64,000 nt of DNA from an uncultured Candidatus Saccharibacteria bacterium (lineage in GTDB: Bacteria > Patescibacteriota > Doudnabacteria > UBA920 > O2-02-FULL-48-8). The stretch is taken from assembly GCA_964605735.1 (NCBI GenBank), contig CAZSDS010000001.1, positions 6,771-70,770 of the forward strand. The letters are read 5' to 3'. Positions 38,012-48,190 of this stretch are shown here, one piece after another. Under the pieces are notes generated by a model. That model searched no databases. It worked only from the letters and a program-made list of their open reading frames with translations, and was not told the origin of the DNA. Within the stretch, counting starts at the first letter, position 1, and each line of letters opens with the position of its first letter. The position numbers were made by a program, and so were the translations under genes.

Positions 38012-38707
38012 ATGGTTTTTGGCCAGAGGCAGGTGGTCGTCGGCCATTTTTTTGAGCAGGTTGCTCACACAGTTTTTGGCGGTGAGTTGTGCCGCAACGA
38101 CGACGGCGATATTTGCATCTGGAAGACTGGAACGACTATCGAGGTTAAATCCTCTTATCTGCAGTCCTCTTATGGGATCCGGTGTGATTTGGATCAGATG
38201 GAGAAGTACAAGAGGCGATTGCCGTTCCCGTTTTCCCACGCACACTACGTGTTCTTCGGGTATGACAACCCGCGGGACAAGAGCACCAAGTCAAACACCA
38301 TGGCAGTCCATAAGACCGAAAGCGCCATCAGCAGGTATTTGGCAAAGTCGGTGAGATGGTGCCTGGTTTTTGATTATTCGATTGTTCTCAGGTGGAAGGA
38401 GGTCATAGAAACGTCTGATCGCAGCATCCTTGGCCACAAAGGCACGCTGTCAGTGGATCTGAAGTGGCAGGAGCTGTTGGTGTACGCCAATGGCGGGCTC
38501 GGGCACAAATTGCGCCTTTTGGGCCTTGATCCTGAAGATTACACAGTGTTGTCTGGTCAGACGCAAATAAGGAAGGAATTTGACCTTTTTGGCAGGAAAC
38601 CGGTGAGCTTTGAAATAAAAATGGTTCTGCCCAAAAAGGTCGCCTCTAAATTCCAAAAGCGGATGAAACGGCGAGGAGTCGCCCTGTCCGCGTCCCGGCC
38701 TGCGTGA
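38012..38707 (+). CDS. Hypothetical protein with possible PD-(D/E)xK nuclease-like motif
   Basis: 231 aa. Strong RBS GGGAGGGAG. Candidate D...E-x-K core in NDDGDICIWKTGTTIEVKSS. Basic C-terminus. Isolated between a terminator and convergent prmC. Confidence 0.5.
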   Translation: MVFGQRQVVVGHFFEQVAHTVFGGELCRNDDGDICIWKTGTTIEVKSSYLQSSYGIRCDLDQMEKYKRRLPFPFSHAHYVFFGYDNPRDKSTKSNTMAVHKTESAISRYLAKSVRWCLVFDYSIVLRWKEVIETSDRSILGHKGTLSVDLKWQELLVYANGGLGHKLRLLGLDPEDYTVLSGQTQIRKEFDLFGRKPVSFEIKMVLPKKVASKFQKRMKRRGVALSASRPA

Positions 38708-38920
38708 ACCTCTGGACCCTAACAGGGCAGTAGCGCAGGTTTCTCTTTTTTCTGTAACTTTTTATCTGGTGAGTCGTTAATTAATTAGTGGAGTAAATTT
38801 TCTTGTAATGAAAAAAATCCTTCAAATAATCCTATTCATTTTGGTTTGTGCTTTTTTCTTTAACGTCAATTTCGAATTCAGGCGAGTGGAAGAAACAGAA
38901 AAAGCCAGCGCTGTGGAGCG

Positions 38921-39760
38921 CTAGGCTGTTTTGTTGTGCTTGCGCCAAATGCGCGCGAAGCGGGGAACCCCTGAAAGGTCTTTGAATATTTCCACCCGGG
39001 AATCTGGCAGATGTTCTTCTGCCAGTTTTTTAATTTCCTCTGCCTGGTCATGCCCGAATTCCAGGTAAATCAAAGGTTTTGATTCAGATTCAGCCAGCTC
39101 TTTAAACAGTTGTTCGTAAAGGGCGAGCCCTCTCTTTTTTGCCACTAGAGCCTCTTTTGGCTCAAATTTAATGCTCGGGTCAGTGATTGCGGGCAAGTAG
39201 GGCAAGTTGGCGACAATAACGTCATAATCCGTGCCAGTGGTTCGGGTCAGGTCACTGCGGTAAAATTTCACTTTCACGCGGTGAGCCGCTGCGTTTTCCT
39301 CAGCAACGGCAAGAGCGCGGGCTGAGAGGTCGGAAGCTGAATAGTGGTTCGCGTTGCTCAGGGTTTTGGCCAAGCTGATGATGATGCAGCCGCTGCCAGT
39401 GCCAATGTCCAGAATTTTGAGGTTATGTTTGCCTTTTAGCTCAAATGCGATCCGCTCGACTAAAATTTCTGTTTCAGGGCGGGGAATGAGCACATGTTTA
39501 TTGACCTTGAACTTATAACCAAAAAACTCTTTAGTCCCAGTAAGATATGCAACGGGTAGCCCTTTTTTTCGGTCTTTGAGTATGTCCAAATACTTCGCGT
39601 ACTTGCTTGGATTTATGTTCAAAAGCCGATTGGAAATCAGATCTTCTTTGCTAAGTCCTGTGACGAACCGCAAAAGCACTTCTGCGTCCAAAGATGGAGA
39701 AGTGCTGTCGGTATTTTCCAAGAATTTTGTGCCTTCGTTTAAGGCTTCCACGTAATTCAC
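38921..39760 (-). CDS. prmC: Release factor glutamine N5-methyltransferase PrmC (HemK)
   Basis: 279 aa. SAM-binding DIGTGSGCI. NPPY-type motif IVANLPYL. Immediately downstream of prfA. Confidence 0.85.
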   Translation of the reverse strand: MNYVEALNEGTKFLENTDSTSPSLDAEVLLRFVTGLSKEDLISNRLLNINPSKYAKYLDILKDRKKGLPVAYLTGTKEFFGYKFKVNKHVLIPRPETEILVERIAFELKGKHNLKILDIGTGSGCIIISLAKTLSNANHYSASDLSARALAVAEENAAAHRVKVKFYRSDLTRTTGTDYDVIVANLPYLPAITDPSIKFEPKEALVAKKRGLALYEQLFKELAESESKPLIYLEFGHDQAEEIKKLAEEHLPDSRVEIFKDLSGVPRFARIWRKHNKTA

Positions 39761-39762
39761 GA

Positions 39763-40836
39763 TTATTTGGCCACGGTTTCTAATTGTCTGCGCTGGTCCT
39801 CCGCTATCATGGCATCAATGATAGGTCCAAGTTCGCCATCCAGTATCAAACCGATTTGGTTCCAGTTTTGGTTTACGCGGTGGTCGGTGATTCTGTCCTG
39901 AGGGAAGTTGTATGTGCGGATTTTCTCTGAGCGGTCACCTGTGCCGATTTGCGACTTTCGCTTGTCGCGGAGTTCCTTGGCTTTGCGTTCCTCTTCTAAC
40001 GCCATGACGCGGGCGCGCAAAATTTTGAAAGCTTTTTCCCGGTTTTGCGCCTGGGAGCGTTCATCTTGCATGACAACCATGATCCCGGTAGGGATGTGGG
40101 TCATGCGCACCGCCGAGTAAGTGGTGTTAACGGATTGTCCGCCATGCCCGGAGGATGTGGTGGCTTCAATTTTTATGTCCTTAGGGTCAATTTTGAAATC
40201 CACCTCTTCTATTTGCGGCAAAACGGCAACAGTGACGGTTGAGGTGTGTACGCGTCCTGCTTTTTCAGTTTCAGGCACGCGCTGGACGCGGTGCACCCCG
40301 GATTCGTATTTGAATTTTGAGTAAGCACCCGTACCAATGATTTCGAAAATCACTTCCTTGTAGCCGCCGACTGGAGTGCGGTTTGCAGAATCTATGTGCA
40401 CTTTATATCCGTGGCTTTCCGCAAATTTGCTATACATGCGGAAAAGCTCTGCTGCGAAAATAGTGGACTCGTCGCCGCCGGCGCCGGCGCGGATTTCCAT
40501 TATTATGTCATTGTCATCATATGGATCTTTAGGGAGCAGGCCGATTCTGACTTGTTCCTTGAGTTCGGCTGCCTGCTTTTTCAATCCAGGAAGTTCTGCA
40601 GCGGCCATTTCAGAAAGCTCATTTTTTTCTTCAATCAGTTTTTCATTATCCGCAATTTCATTCAGGACTTTCTCAAGGCGGTTGATATTCGTGACCAACG
40701 GCAAAAGCTCGGTTTGCCTTTTACCGAGTTTTTTCAGTTCCTGAGAATCAGTGGTGTTGCTGAGTTTCTCAGAAATTTCGTCATATTCTTTTATGATATG
40801 TGCGTAATTGAGTTCCATTAGATTAGTTCGTACCAA
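39763..40836 (-). CDS. prfA: Peptide chain release factor 1
   Basis: 357 aa. GGQ motif ([11 protein letters not shown]). RF1-type PxT tripeptide ([14 protein letters not shown]). Confidence 0.9.
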   Translation of the reverse strand: MVRTNLMELNYAHIIKEYDEISEKLSNTTDSQELKKLGKRQTELLPLVTNINRLEKVLNEIADNEKLIEEKNELSEMAAAELPGLKKQAAELKEQVRIGLLPKDPYDDNDIIMEIRAGAGGDESTIFAAELFRMYSKFAESHGYKVHIDSANRTPVGGYKEVIFEIIGTGAYSKFKYESGVHRVQRVPETEKAGRVHTSTVTVAVLPQIEEVDFKIDPKDIKIEATTSSGHGGQSVNTTYSAVRMTHIPTGIMVVMQDERSQAQNREKAFKILRARVMALEEERKAKELRDKRKSQIGTGDRSEKIRTYNFPQDRITDHRVNQNWNQIGLILDGELGPIIDAMIAEDQRRQLETVAK

Positions 40837-41144
40837 ATAACTTTTAGCGCTATGTTAGGAGTGACTGGTTTCTTGTACCTTTCGGAATAATACTTGTACA
40901 TGTCTTCAATGTGTTCGTATTTTTCGTGGCCTTCCCAATCTTTATCCGTGAGGTGCTTAAACAGTTTCTCTTCCACCTTGACTAGCTTTGCGGTGGCAAA
41001 CCTTTCCTTAGTATTGGTGTCGAGAAAATCAACAATGTCGCCAGTCTGGAGGTTTTTGTCGTCAAAAAGACGCCAAGTAATTTTTTTAATGCCTTGTTGA
41101 ATAAACGGTATTACGTGCGAGTCGAATTTTAAAGTTTTGTTCAT
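40818..41144 (-). CDS. ASCH domain-containing protein
   Basis: About 108 aa from MNKTLKFD. Resembles the ASCH fold ([15 protein letters not shown]...). The upstream part of the long ORF is unlikely to be coding. Confidence 0.5.
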   Translation of the reverse strand: MNKTLKFDSHVIPFIQQGIKKITWRLFDDKNLQTGDIVDFLDTNTKERFATAKLVKVEEKLFKHLTDKDWEGHEKYEHIEDMYKYYSERYKKPVTPNIALKVIWYELI

Positions 41145-41214
41145 ATATCTATATGTGTAAATAAAAAACACGCTTGTATATACAAAGTATATAGGGAAGC
41201 GTGCTTTTTGTCCC

Positions 41215-41466
41215 TTAAGCCTGGGTCTTGAGTTTCTTGGTAATGCGCTTTGACTTGAGTTCTGCAGCCTTTGAGGTCTTCTTGCGGAACTTGTCGATGG
41301 TGCCGGCGGTGTCAATCAGGTTCTGTTTGCCGGTATAGAAAGGATGGCAATTTGAACAGATTTCAACGTGCATTTCAGCGAGGGTTGAACCGGTATGGAA
41401 GGTATTACCACAAGCACAAGTGACCTTGGCTTGAGAGTGATATTGTGGGTGGATTGATTCTTTCAT
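41215..41466 (-). CDS. rpmE: 50S ribosomal protein L31 (zinc-binding type)
   Basis: 83 aa from [10 protein letters not shown]. CxC...CxxC motif (CACGNTF...[12 protein letters not shown]). Confidence 0.85.
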   Translation of the reverse strand: MKESIHPQYHSQAKVTCACGNTFHTGSTLAEMHVEICSNCHPFYTGKQNLIDTAGTIDKFRKKTSKAAELKSKRITKKLKTQA

Positions 41467-41776
41467 AGCCCACACAGGATAACACATATCAGCGAATAAA
41501 TCAAGGGCGGGAAGAATTTATCCACAAACTACGGCTTTTGAACAAACTTTTCGCATTTTTGCTGTCGTTGGGAAGTACTTTTTTCCACGTCACAAAATCA
41601 TTACCAGGAATTATGATTTTACTTGCGTTAATTGCTTAATAACCCACTTTAGGCAAAAACCATGAGTTTTTGTTTAGGTGGGTTCTTTATGCGCCATCGT
41701 CAGCAAATTCTTCAAAGGTCGACTGAAGATAGGCAAGCAAGAACGTCAAAGAAAATAATTAAATTCTAAATACAAT

Positions 41777-42370
41777 ATGAAAAAACTTATTGCAGGTCTT
41801 AGTTTGTTTGCTTTGGCCTTTGCGGTCATGCCGGCTGGCGCAGCGACAATCTCCAATGTTGCTGACTCAACTGCGCGGATCACTTACAGGCTTTCCACGT
41901 TGTTGAATTTGAGCAACTCGAACAGTGCTGACATCTCAAATGAAATTGTCACTTCTGCCAACTCGGGGAACAATTCAATTTCCTCATCTGATTTCCAGTC
42001 AGGAACAGGCATTTCTACGGGCAATGCCACTTCTGTTGCCGATATCCTAAATGAGGCGAATGACACTTCAGTAACTACTGAACTGGATACTGACTTTGGT
42101 CCGACGGGCGAAGATCTCGTCACAAACATTTGGGATGATTCTGATGCGAGAATCAGGAACCGACAGCGGGAACGCCAGACTATTTCCAACTCCAATACTG
42201 TGGAAGTAATGAACGCGGTTGTGACTGGCTCTGACACCGGTTCAAATGAAACCACGTCTGATGAAGGATTGCAGGAATCATCCATAACCACTGGAGAAGC
42301 TGCTTCAGCCACAGGCGTAACAAGCAGATTCAACAGGGTAATGGAATCCATTTCCCGCATGATTCGTTAA
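41777..42370 (+). CDS. Secreted Ser/Thr/Asn-rich repeat protein, paralogous to repeats of the downstream giant surface protein
   Basis: 197 aa. Signal peptide (AVMPAGAATI). Contains one copy of the ANSGNNSIS...TG...ADILNEAN repeat unit also found four times in 42463..45375. Confidence 0.55.
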   Translation: MKKLIAGLSLFALAFAVMPAGAATISNVADSTARITYRLSTLLNLSNSNSADISNEIVTSANSGNNSISSSDFQSGTGISTGNATSVADILNEANDTSVTTELDTDFGPTGEDLVTNIWDDSDARIRNRQRERQTISNSNTVEVMNAVVTGSDTGSNETTSDEGLQESSITTGEAASATGVTSRFNRVMESISRMIR

Positions 42371-42462
42371 AACATAAGCCAGCGGAGGGGGCATCCCTCA
42401 CCGTTCCCTCCTTGCTTTATGGTTTGGAACAGACTCAGTTTTTATCGCTAAATTAATTAGGA

Positions 42463-45375
42463 ATGAAAATGATAAAAAGGAAAACTATTTCGAGAAAATT
42501 TGCCGATGCCGCGTATGTTGCGGTCGGGGTTTGCCTGATTGCGGCCACTGCCATGTTGCCAATTTTCTCTACTTGGGTTTTAGCCATAGAGGATGAGCCT
42601 GTTTTGGAAAATGCCGCACAGTGTGAATCAACAACTCTGCCTGAAGAAACTGGTGTTGAGGTTGAACCTGATTCTGCTGTCGAAACCCCTGAAGTGGAAG
42701 ATCCTGAGGTCGAAACTCTCGAAACCGAAGCTGTTGAAACAGAAATAAAAGATGAAACGCAGGAGGATGAAACACAGGAAAAGACTGTAGAAGAAAAGGC
42801 AGAATCCCTGCCTGAGGTTAATGAGCCTTCACGGGAAGAAATTGCAGGTGAGGACAACGCAGAACAAGAATTTTCTGAAGGAAATGAATCTAAACCAGCG
42901 CTTGAAGATGAAGGTGATAAGGAAACGGAGGAATTGGACGGGGAAATGGAAAATGAAACTTTTGATTCTGAAACTGTTGCTGAAGAGGAAGGTATTGCGG
43001 TAAAAGAGGAAAGCATTACCGAAATAGAAAATTCAAATACGGTTGATATCTGCAATGATGTTGATTCCGTCGGCAATACGGGAGGCAATGAAATTGAGTC
43101 TGAGGAAACGGCCAGTGATACGGAGATAGAAACAGGGGATGTGAACGTTTACGCCAACGTTTTGAATATAGTAAACACAAACAACATCAATTCAGAAATT
43201 GTTCAGATCACGGAAAACTTCAACAATCTTTCAGCTGATATTTTAATGAACCAGCCGGAGACCACGCCCACCCAAATGAGCCATGATTTGGTTGCGGGGC
43301 TTTGCCAGAACATACACTGCCAGTCGTTAACCACCTTTAAGCTGACCAACAGCAACAATGCAACGGTAAACAATGACATAGACCTGGCTGGGAATTCTGG
43401 CGGCAATTCCATTTCCGGCGCCGGAGAAAATAGCGCTATTCGCACCGGAACTGTAAACGCGTTGGTCAACATCATCAATATCGTCAATAACAATGTCATA
43501 AATTCCCGCTGGACCATTGCGACTTTTAATATTTTCGGCGATTGGGAAGGGGACCTGGTTCTTCCTTCCGAGCTTTATTTTGACCAATACACAACTGTAG
43601 GGGCGGACACAGGCGTAACTGAGCACAACATGAACAAGATAGTTTTGAATGTGAACAATAATAATCAAGCCGCCATCAGCAACAACGTCAACGCGAACGC
43701 AAACAGCGGCGGGAACACTGCCAAAGGCGCAATATTGCAAGATGCTTCAACTGAGACCGGGGATTCGGAAAGCTTAACTAATGTTAAAAATATGGCAAAT
43801 GTATCCCTGGTCAACAGCAGTTGGTTTTTGAATATCGTCAACACTTTGGGAAGCTGGACCGGAAACGTTTATTCTTTGCCGGAAAATATGGATTTTGAGC
43901 AAACTCCTTTAGGTATGACTTTTTTCTCCGCATCAGGGGCGGATGAAAATGCTTTGCAGGAATTCCACGATGCGGTTGGGGGGCTGGCACAAGGGGATGA
44001 AGTGACAATCGAAATAGAAAACAACAACAAGGCGGTGATTAACAACAACGTGGATGTGCAGGCCAATTCCGGCGGAAATGAAATTGATGGCGGTGATCTG
44101 CAGAACACCAGGATCATCACTGGCTACAGCCGCGCCCTGGCCAATATCCTCAATTTTGCAAACATTAATCTGATAAATTCCAACCTCAACGTGGGACTGA
44201 CGAATATTTTCGGGTCGTGGAATGGGAATATTGTTTTTGGTTACCCTGATTTGGCGGTGAACCAGAGTTTGTTGCAGGGAGCCGTGCCTGTCTCCAGCGG
44301 TTCGCGCGTCAATTACGAGTTGCAGTACAGCAACAACTCCGGTTCAACAATGTCCAACGCAGTCATGGCGTGGACATTTGATCCGCAGGTTTATAGTTTT
44401 AGCCACGCTAACATCAAAGGCTTGTTTCCTGTTTCTGACGGAGTTTTGGAGGTGAAGATAGGAAAGCTTGTTCCGATGGCCTCTGGTCGCGTGCAAGTGC
44501 AGTTGAACACCAAAGTTGGTTTGGAGCAAGGGTTTGAGGTCGAAACTGTTTCGGAAATCAGCGGAGGTGGGCCGGAAAAAAATCTTGATAACAACACTCA
44601 CGTTCTCACAGCCCTCGCCTCAGCTTCATATAATGAGGTGCCTGAACTGCCAAACCCTAACGTTACACCCGGTGCCCCTTTTGCGGCTGCGCCGCCGGTA
44701 ACCAGGATGTCGGCGATTTCCAGCGCGCTGTTTACCAAAGTCACCAAAGTTAATGATTCCGCCGGGCGTGAATTGAAAGCAGGTGATTCGGTAAAGTTTA
44801 CAATTACAATCGAAAACCAAAATACCGAAAAAATTTACAGCGCTGTCATGAAAGACCAGATGGTGGGGCCTGACGGGAATACAGTTTCGTTTGATGAGCA
44901 GGAACTTGGCGAGCTTTTGCCGAATGAAAACATTATTTTTGAATATTCGCTGGAGATAACGCAAGAAGTTATGGATGGAACGTACACCAACTATTTTTGG
45001 ATTGAGGGATTGGATAACATGCTGAGGCAGACCAAAACTTTGACCGCGTCCAGCGCCTTTGCCGTCAAACAGGATCCGGTTATGGTGATTAATGAAACCG
45101 AGCAATTGCCGCAGGTGACAATTGTTCCGGACAGACAAACGATCACCCGCGTGGTTAACCCGGCAGTCACGGGTGGGGAGTTACATTTGCCGCCTTTGGT
45201 TTTAGGCTCTGTTATTGACCAGACTCAAGCAGATGACGGTTTCAATGAACCGCAAATTCCTGGTTCGAACGAGCTAATGCAGTTGATTGTCACGCTGGTG
45301 CTGGTTGTAGGGTCTGCAGCGGGGTACGCGATTTACAAGTCAATGCATCGAACAAATAATTTAGGAAGTGGTTAA
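42463..45375 (+). CDS. Large cell-surface protein: signal anchor, acidic Glu-rich region, four ~45-aa N-x-(V/I)-D-x-x-(A/G)-N-(S/T)-G-G-N ... A-N-(I/V)-(L/I)-N repeats, DUF11/CARDB-like beta domains, C-terminal TM anchor
   Basis: 970 aa. Repeats at NDVDSVGNTGGNEIESEE..., NNDIDLAGNSGGNSISGAG..., NNVNANANSGGNTAKGA..., NNVDVQANSGGNEIDGG.... C-terminal hydrophobic helix LVLVVGSAAGYAIY followed by basic residues. Confidence 0.7.
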   Translation: MKMIKRKTISRKFADAAYVAVGVCLIAATAMLPIFSTWVLAIEDEPVLENAAQCESTTLPEETGVEVEPDSAVETPEVEDPEVETLETEAVETEIKDETQEDETQEKTVEEKAESLPEVNEPSREEIAGEDNAEQEFSEGNESKPALEDEGDKETEELDGEMENETFDSETVAEEEGIAVKEESITEIENSNTVDICNDVDSVGNTGGNEIESEETASDTEIETGDVNVYANVLNIVNTNNINSEIVQITENFNNLSADILMNQPETTPTQMSHDLVAGLCQNIHCQSLTTFKLTNSNNATVNNDIDLAGNSGGNSISGAGENSAIRTGTVNALVNIINIVNNNVINSRWTIATFNIFGDWEGDLVLPSELYFDQYTTVGADTGVTEHNMNKIVLNVNNNNQAAISNNVNANANSGGNTAKGAILQDASTETGDSESLTNVKNMANVSLVNSSWFLNIVNTLGSWTGNVYSLPENMDFEQTPLGMTFFSASGADENALQEFHDAVGGLAQGDEVTIEIENNNKAVINNNVDVQANSGGNEIDGGDLQNTRIITGYSRALANILNFANINLINSNLNVGLTNIFGSWNGNIVFGYPDLAVNQSLLQGAVPVSSGSRVNYELQYSNNSGSTMSNAVMAWTFDPQVYSFSHANIKGLFPVSDGVLEVKIGKLVPMASGRVQVQLNTKVGLEQGFEVETVSEISGGGPEKNLDNNTHVLTALASASYNEVPELPNPNVTPGAPFAAAPPVTRMSAISSALFTKVTKVNDSAGRELKAGDSVKFTITIENQNTEKIYSAVMKDQMVGPDGNTVSFDEQELGELLPNENIIFEYSLEITQEVMDGTYTNYFWIEGLDNMLRQTKTLTASSAFAVKQDPVMVINETEQLPQVTIVPDRQTITRVVNPAVTGGELHLPPLVLGSVIDQTQADDGFNEPQIPGSNELMQLIVTLVLVVGSAAGYAIYKSMHRTNNLGSG

Positions 45376-45676
45376 GGTTTTGAAAAAACGGCTATCAAAC
45401 AGCCGTTTTTATATGGCTTGCCAAAACTGCCGCTTTATGGTAGACTAGCAAAGCATTATTAACCATGCATACTTTTTCGCTCCTGTATCTTCAAGTCCGG
45501 AGAAATGAGCGGATCCGCCAAGCTTTGCTGCGGCGGACTGATGTGTTCGGGCCTGTCTGCGTACAAACCTCTTAGAGATAGAGGACTGTCGCAGATCCGG
45601 AACGCAAATGACGAAAGTAGAAGTTCTGTCGGCTGTTTTAAGCCAACCGGCAGGAAATTAAGGAAAGGAAACAATT

Positions 45677-46405
45677 ATGAAAACCATCACATTGATGGAC
45701 ATGCTTAAGGCTGGCGTGCACTTCGGCCACAAAACCTCTCTTTGGAATCCAAAGATGGCGCCGTACATTTACACCCAGCGCAACAACATACACATCTTGG
45801 ATCTGGAAAAGACCAAGACCAAACTGACCCAGGCGTTGAACTACGCCAAGGAAGTCGCGGCCCGGGGCGGTACGATTTTGTTCGTGGGTACAAAGCGCCA
45901 GGCCAAGGAAGTGGTCCGCAAGGCTGCTGAATCAGCTGGTATGCCATACGTGGTAACCCGCTGGCTGGGCGGCACTTTCACCAACTTCCGAACCATTCAG
46001 CGAACCATCAAGAAAATGGAACGCTATGAGAAGATGATCGCGGAAGGCGAGATCAAGAAGTACACAAAGAAGGAACAGCTGATGATCGCCAGGGAACTGG
46101 AAAAAATGAAGCAGTTCTTTTCCGGTATCAAGGACATGAAGAAACTTCCTGACGCTATTTTCGTTTTGGACGTAAAGTACGACCACATTCCGGTTGAGGA
46201 GGCTCGCCAGTCAAAGGTTAAAGTTATTGGCTTGGTTGACACCAACTCAGACCCTTCCAAGGTTGACTACGTCATCCCTTCAAATGACGATGCAATTAAG
46301 GTCATTGAATTCATGGCCAATGCCATGTCTGACGCTATCTTGGCCGGCAGGAAGAACGCCGCTTCAAACGTGATGGTTTCTGAATCAGCGGCTGTTGCTA
46401 AATAA
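45677..46405 (+). CDS. rpsB: 30S ribosomal protein S2
   Basis: 242 aa. Conserved N-terminus MLKAGVHFGHKTSLWNPKM and S2 signature region. Confidence 0.9.
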   Translation: MKTITLMDMLKAGVHFGHKTSLWNPKMAPYIYTQRNNIHILDLEKTKTKLTQALNYAKEVAARGGTILFVGTKRQAKEVVRKAAESAGMPYVVTRWLGGTFTNFRTIQRTIKKMERYEKMIAEGEIKKYTKKEQLMIARELEKMKQFFSGIKDMKKLPDAIFVLDVKYDHIPVEEARQSKVKVIGLVDTNSDPSKVDYVIPSNDDAIKVIEFMANAMSDAILAGRKNAASNVMVSESAAVAK

Positions 46406-46450
46406 TATCAGCAATACAATTACGCAATTTAACAAACAGGAAATAAAATT

Positions 46451-47038
46451 ATGAATTACAAGACAGAGGATATCAAAAAGCTTCGCGAACTGACCGGTGC
46501 AGGCATGATGGATGCCAAGAAAGCCCTGGATGAAGCAAAAGACATGGACGACGCTGTTGCTCTTCTCAGAAAGAAGGGACATGCTTCTTTGGCCAAGAAA
46601 GCTGAGCGCACCACCAAGGAAGGAATCATTTCTTCATATATCCATGCCGGCGGCAAAGTCGGGGTGTTGGTTGAGCTTAACTGCGAGACCGATTTTGTTG
46701 CCCGAAATGAGGAATTCCAACAGCTTGCCACGGAAATTGCTTTGCACATCGCGGCTGCTGCGCCAATCTGCGTGACCAAGGATCAGGTTCCGGCTGACAA
46801 GATTGAGGCTGAAAAGGCAATCTACATGGAGCAGGTCAAAGACAAGCCTGAAAATATGCGCGAGCAGATTGTAAACGGAAAACTGGAAAAATACTACGAA
46901 CAGGTTGTTCTGCTTGAACAGCCGTATGTCCGCGACCCGGATAAGAAGGTTAAGGATTTGCTTGCAGAAAAAGTCGGCAAGTTGGGTGAAAATATCCAAA
47001 TCCGCCGATTTGCCAAATTCACTTTGGGCGCTGAATAG
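46451..47038 (+). CDS. tsf: Elongation factor Ts (short form)
   Basis: 195 aa. LRELTGAGMMDAKKAL UBA-like N-terminus and EF-Ts core (GGKVGVLVELNCETDFVARN). Confidence 0.9.
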   Translation: MNYKTEDIKKLRELTGAGMMDAKKALDEAKDMDDAVALLRKKGHASLAKKAERTTKEGIISSYIHAGGKVGVLVELNCETDFVARNEEFQQLATEIALHIAAAAPICVTKDQVPADKIEAEKAIYMEQVKDKPENMREQIVNGKLEKYYEQVVLLEQPYVRDPDKKVKDLLAEKVGKLGENIQIRRFAKFTLGAE

Positions 47039-47065
47039 GGCATTCAATAAACGAAATACCAATAA

Positions 47066-47917
47066 ATGATCATATTAAGCTGGATTTTGCTTGTAGTCGG
47101 GCTACTCGGCCTGTTTACGGTTATCCTGGCCAAACTGCCAGGGGTTTTGACAAGGCCGACAATCGGCGGGAGAGTAAGAATTGTCACAGCCGCGGAAGGT
47201 TTATGGTCCTACATTTCAAGGAAGATAAAATACGGCTTGGGTAAAATCTGGCATTTCATTTTGGAAGCAAAGGATTTAAAGCCTACGCCTTTGATCAACC
47301 ACCAGGTGCAGAAAGTCAAACAGGTGTTCAAGGTGCGCATTCGTTCTTCCAAGGAAGAGCCGCTTTGGATGCCTGAGGTAACTGCTGTTATTGATCAGGC
47401 CAAGGCTGCGCCTGATGAGCAGACTGCTGAGCACTTGTACCTGGAAGCAATCAAAACTGACCCGAACAATAAGGAAGCTTATGAGGGTTTGGGCCGCCTG
47501 TATTTGCAGGAAAAAAATTACAAAGAAGCAGCGGAAACTTTTAAGTTTTTGACCCGTTTGGATCCAAAGCGCGACACTTACTGGAGCAATTTGGGTTTGT
47601 CTTTGTATTCGATTCAGGAATACCGCGATGCCGCAAAGGCTTATGAGAAAGCTGTGCAGATGAACGGCAAAATTCCGGCAAGATGGGTAAACCTGTCTTT
47701 GTGCTATGAGGCCATGCATGATTTGCCCCGCATGATCAAGGCGTTGAACCAGGCCGTGCAGTTGGATCGCCGGAATATCAATTACTTGCTCATGCTTTCC
47801 GATGCTTACCTAAAGTATGGGAACAGGGTTAGGGCAGAAGAGGTTCTGGAACAGGTTTTGGCCATTGATCCTACGCACAGGGTTGCACGCGAAAAGCTGA
47901 TGAAGATCAGGATCTAG
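47066..47917 (+). CDS. Tetratricopeptide repeat protein with N-terminal TM anchor
   Basis: 283 aa. N-terminal hydrophobic helix. Several TPR units (AEHLYLEAIKTDPNNKEAYEGLGRLYLQEKNYKEAAETF...). Confidence 0.7.
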   Translation: MIILSWILLVVGLLGLFTVILAKLPGVLTRPTIGGRVRIVTAAEGLWSYISRKIKYGLGKIWHFILEAKDLKPTPLINHQVQKVKQVFKVRIRSSKEEPLWMPEVTAVIDQAKAAPDEQTAEHLYLEAIKTDPNNKEAYEGLGRLYLQEKNYKEAAETFKFLTRLDPKRDTYWSNLGLSLYSIQEYRDAAKAYEKAVQMNGKIPARWVNLSLCYEAMHDLPRMIKALNQAVQLDRRNINYLLMLSDAYLKYGNRVRAEEVLEQVLAIDPTHRVAREKLMKIRI

Positions 47918-47969
47918 GTTGATTTGTAAAGGGTTTTTTGGTAGACTTTTACAGTTAGTCAAAATTTAC

Positions 47970-48044
47970 GCCGGCTTAGCTCAGTGGTAGAGCAACTGTT
48001 TTGTAAACAGTAGGTCGTGGGTTCAAATCCCTCAGCCGGCTCCA
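47970..48044 (+). tRNA. tRNA-Thr (anticodon TGT)
   Basis: 75 nt. Acceptor GCCGGCT/AGCCGGC. Anticodon stem ACTGT/ACAGT with loop TTTGTAA. T-loop TTCAAAT. Discriminator U. CCA encoded. Confidence 0.8.
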
Positions 48045-48045
48045 T

Positions 48046-48131
48046 GGGCAGATGGTAGAGCGGTCAATTACACCAGACTGTAAATCTGGCGCCATTCGGC
48101 TACGCAGGTTCGAATCCTGCTCTGCCCACCA
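48046..48131 (+). tRNA. tRNA-Tyr (anticodon GTA)
   Basis: 86-nt type-II tRNA starting 1 nt after tRNA-Thr. Acceptor GGGCAGA/TCTGCCC. Anticodon stem CCAGA/TCTGG with loop CTGTAAA. Long variable arm. T-loop TTCGAAT. CCA encoded. Confidence 0.85.
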
Positions 48132-48133
48132 TA

Positions 48134-48160
48134 GAAAAAAACCGACTTTGGTCGGTTTTT
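48134..48160 (+). terminator. Intrinsic terminator after the tRNA-Thr/Tyr pair
   Basis: ACCGAC-TTTG-GTCGGT followed by TTTTTTT. Confidence 0.7.
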
Positions 48161-48190
48161 TTCTATTATGTAGACTGTGCGGATTCGAAC

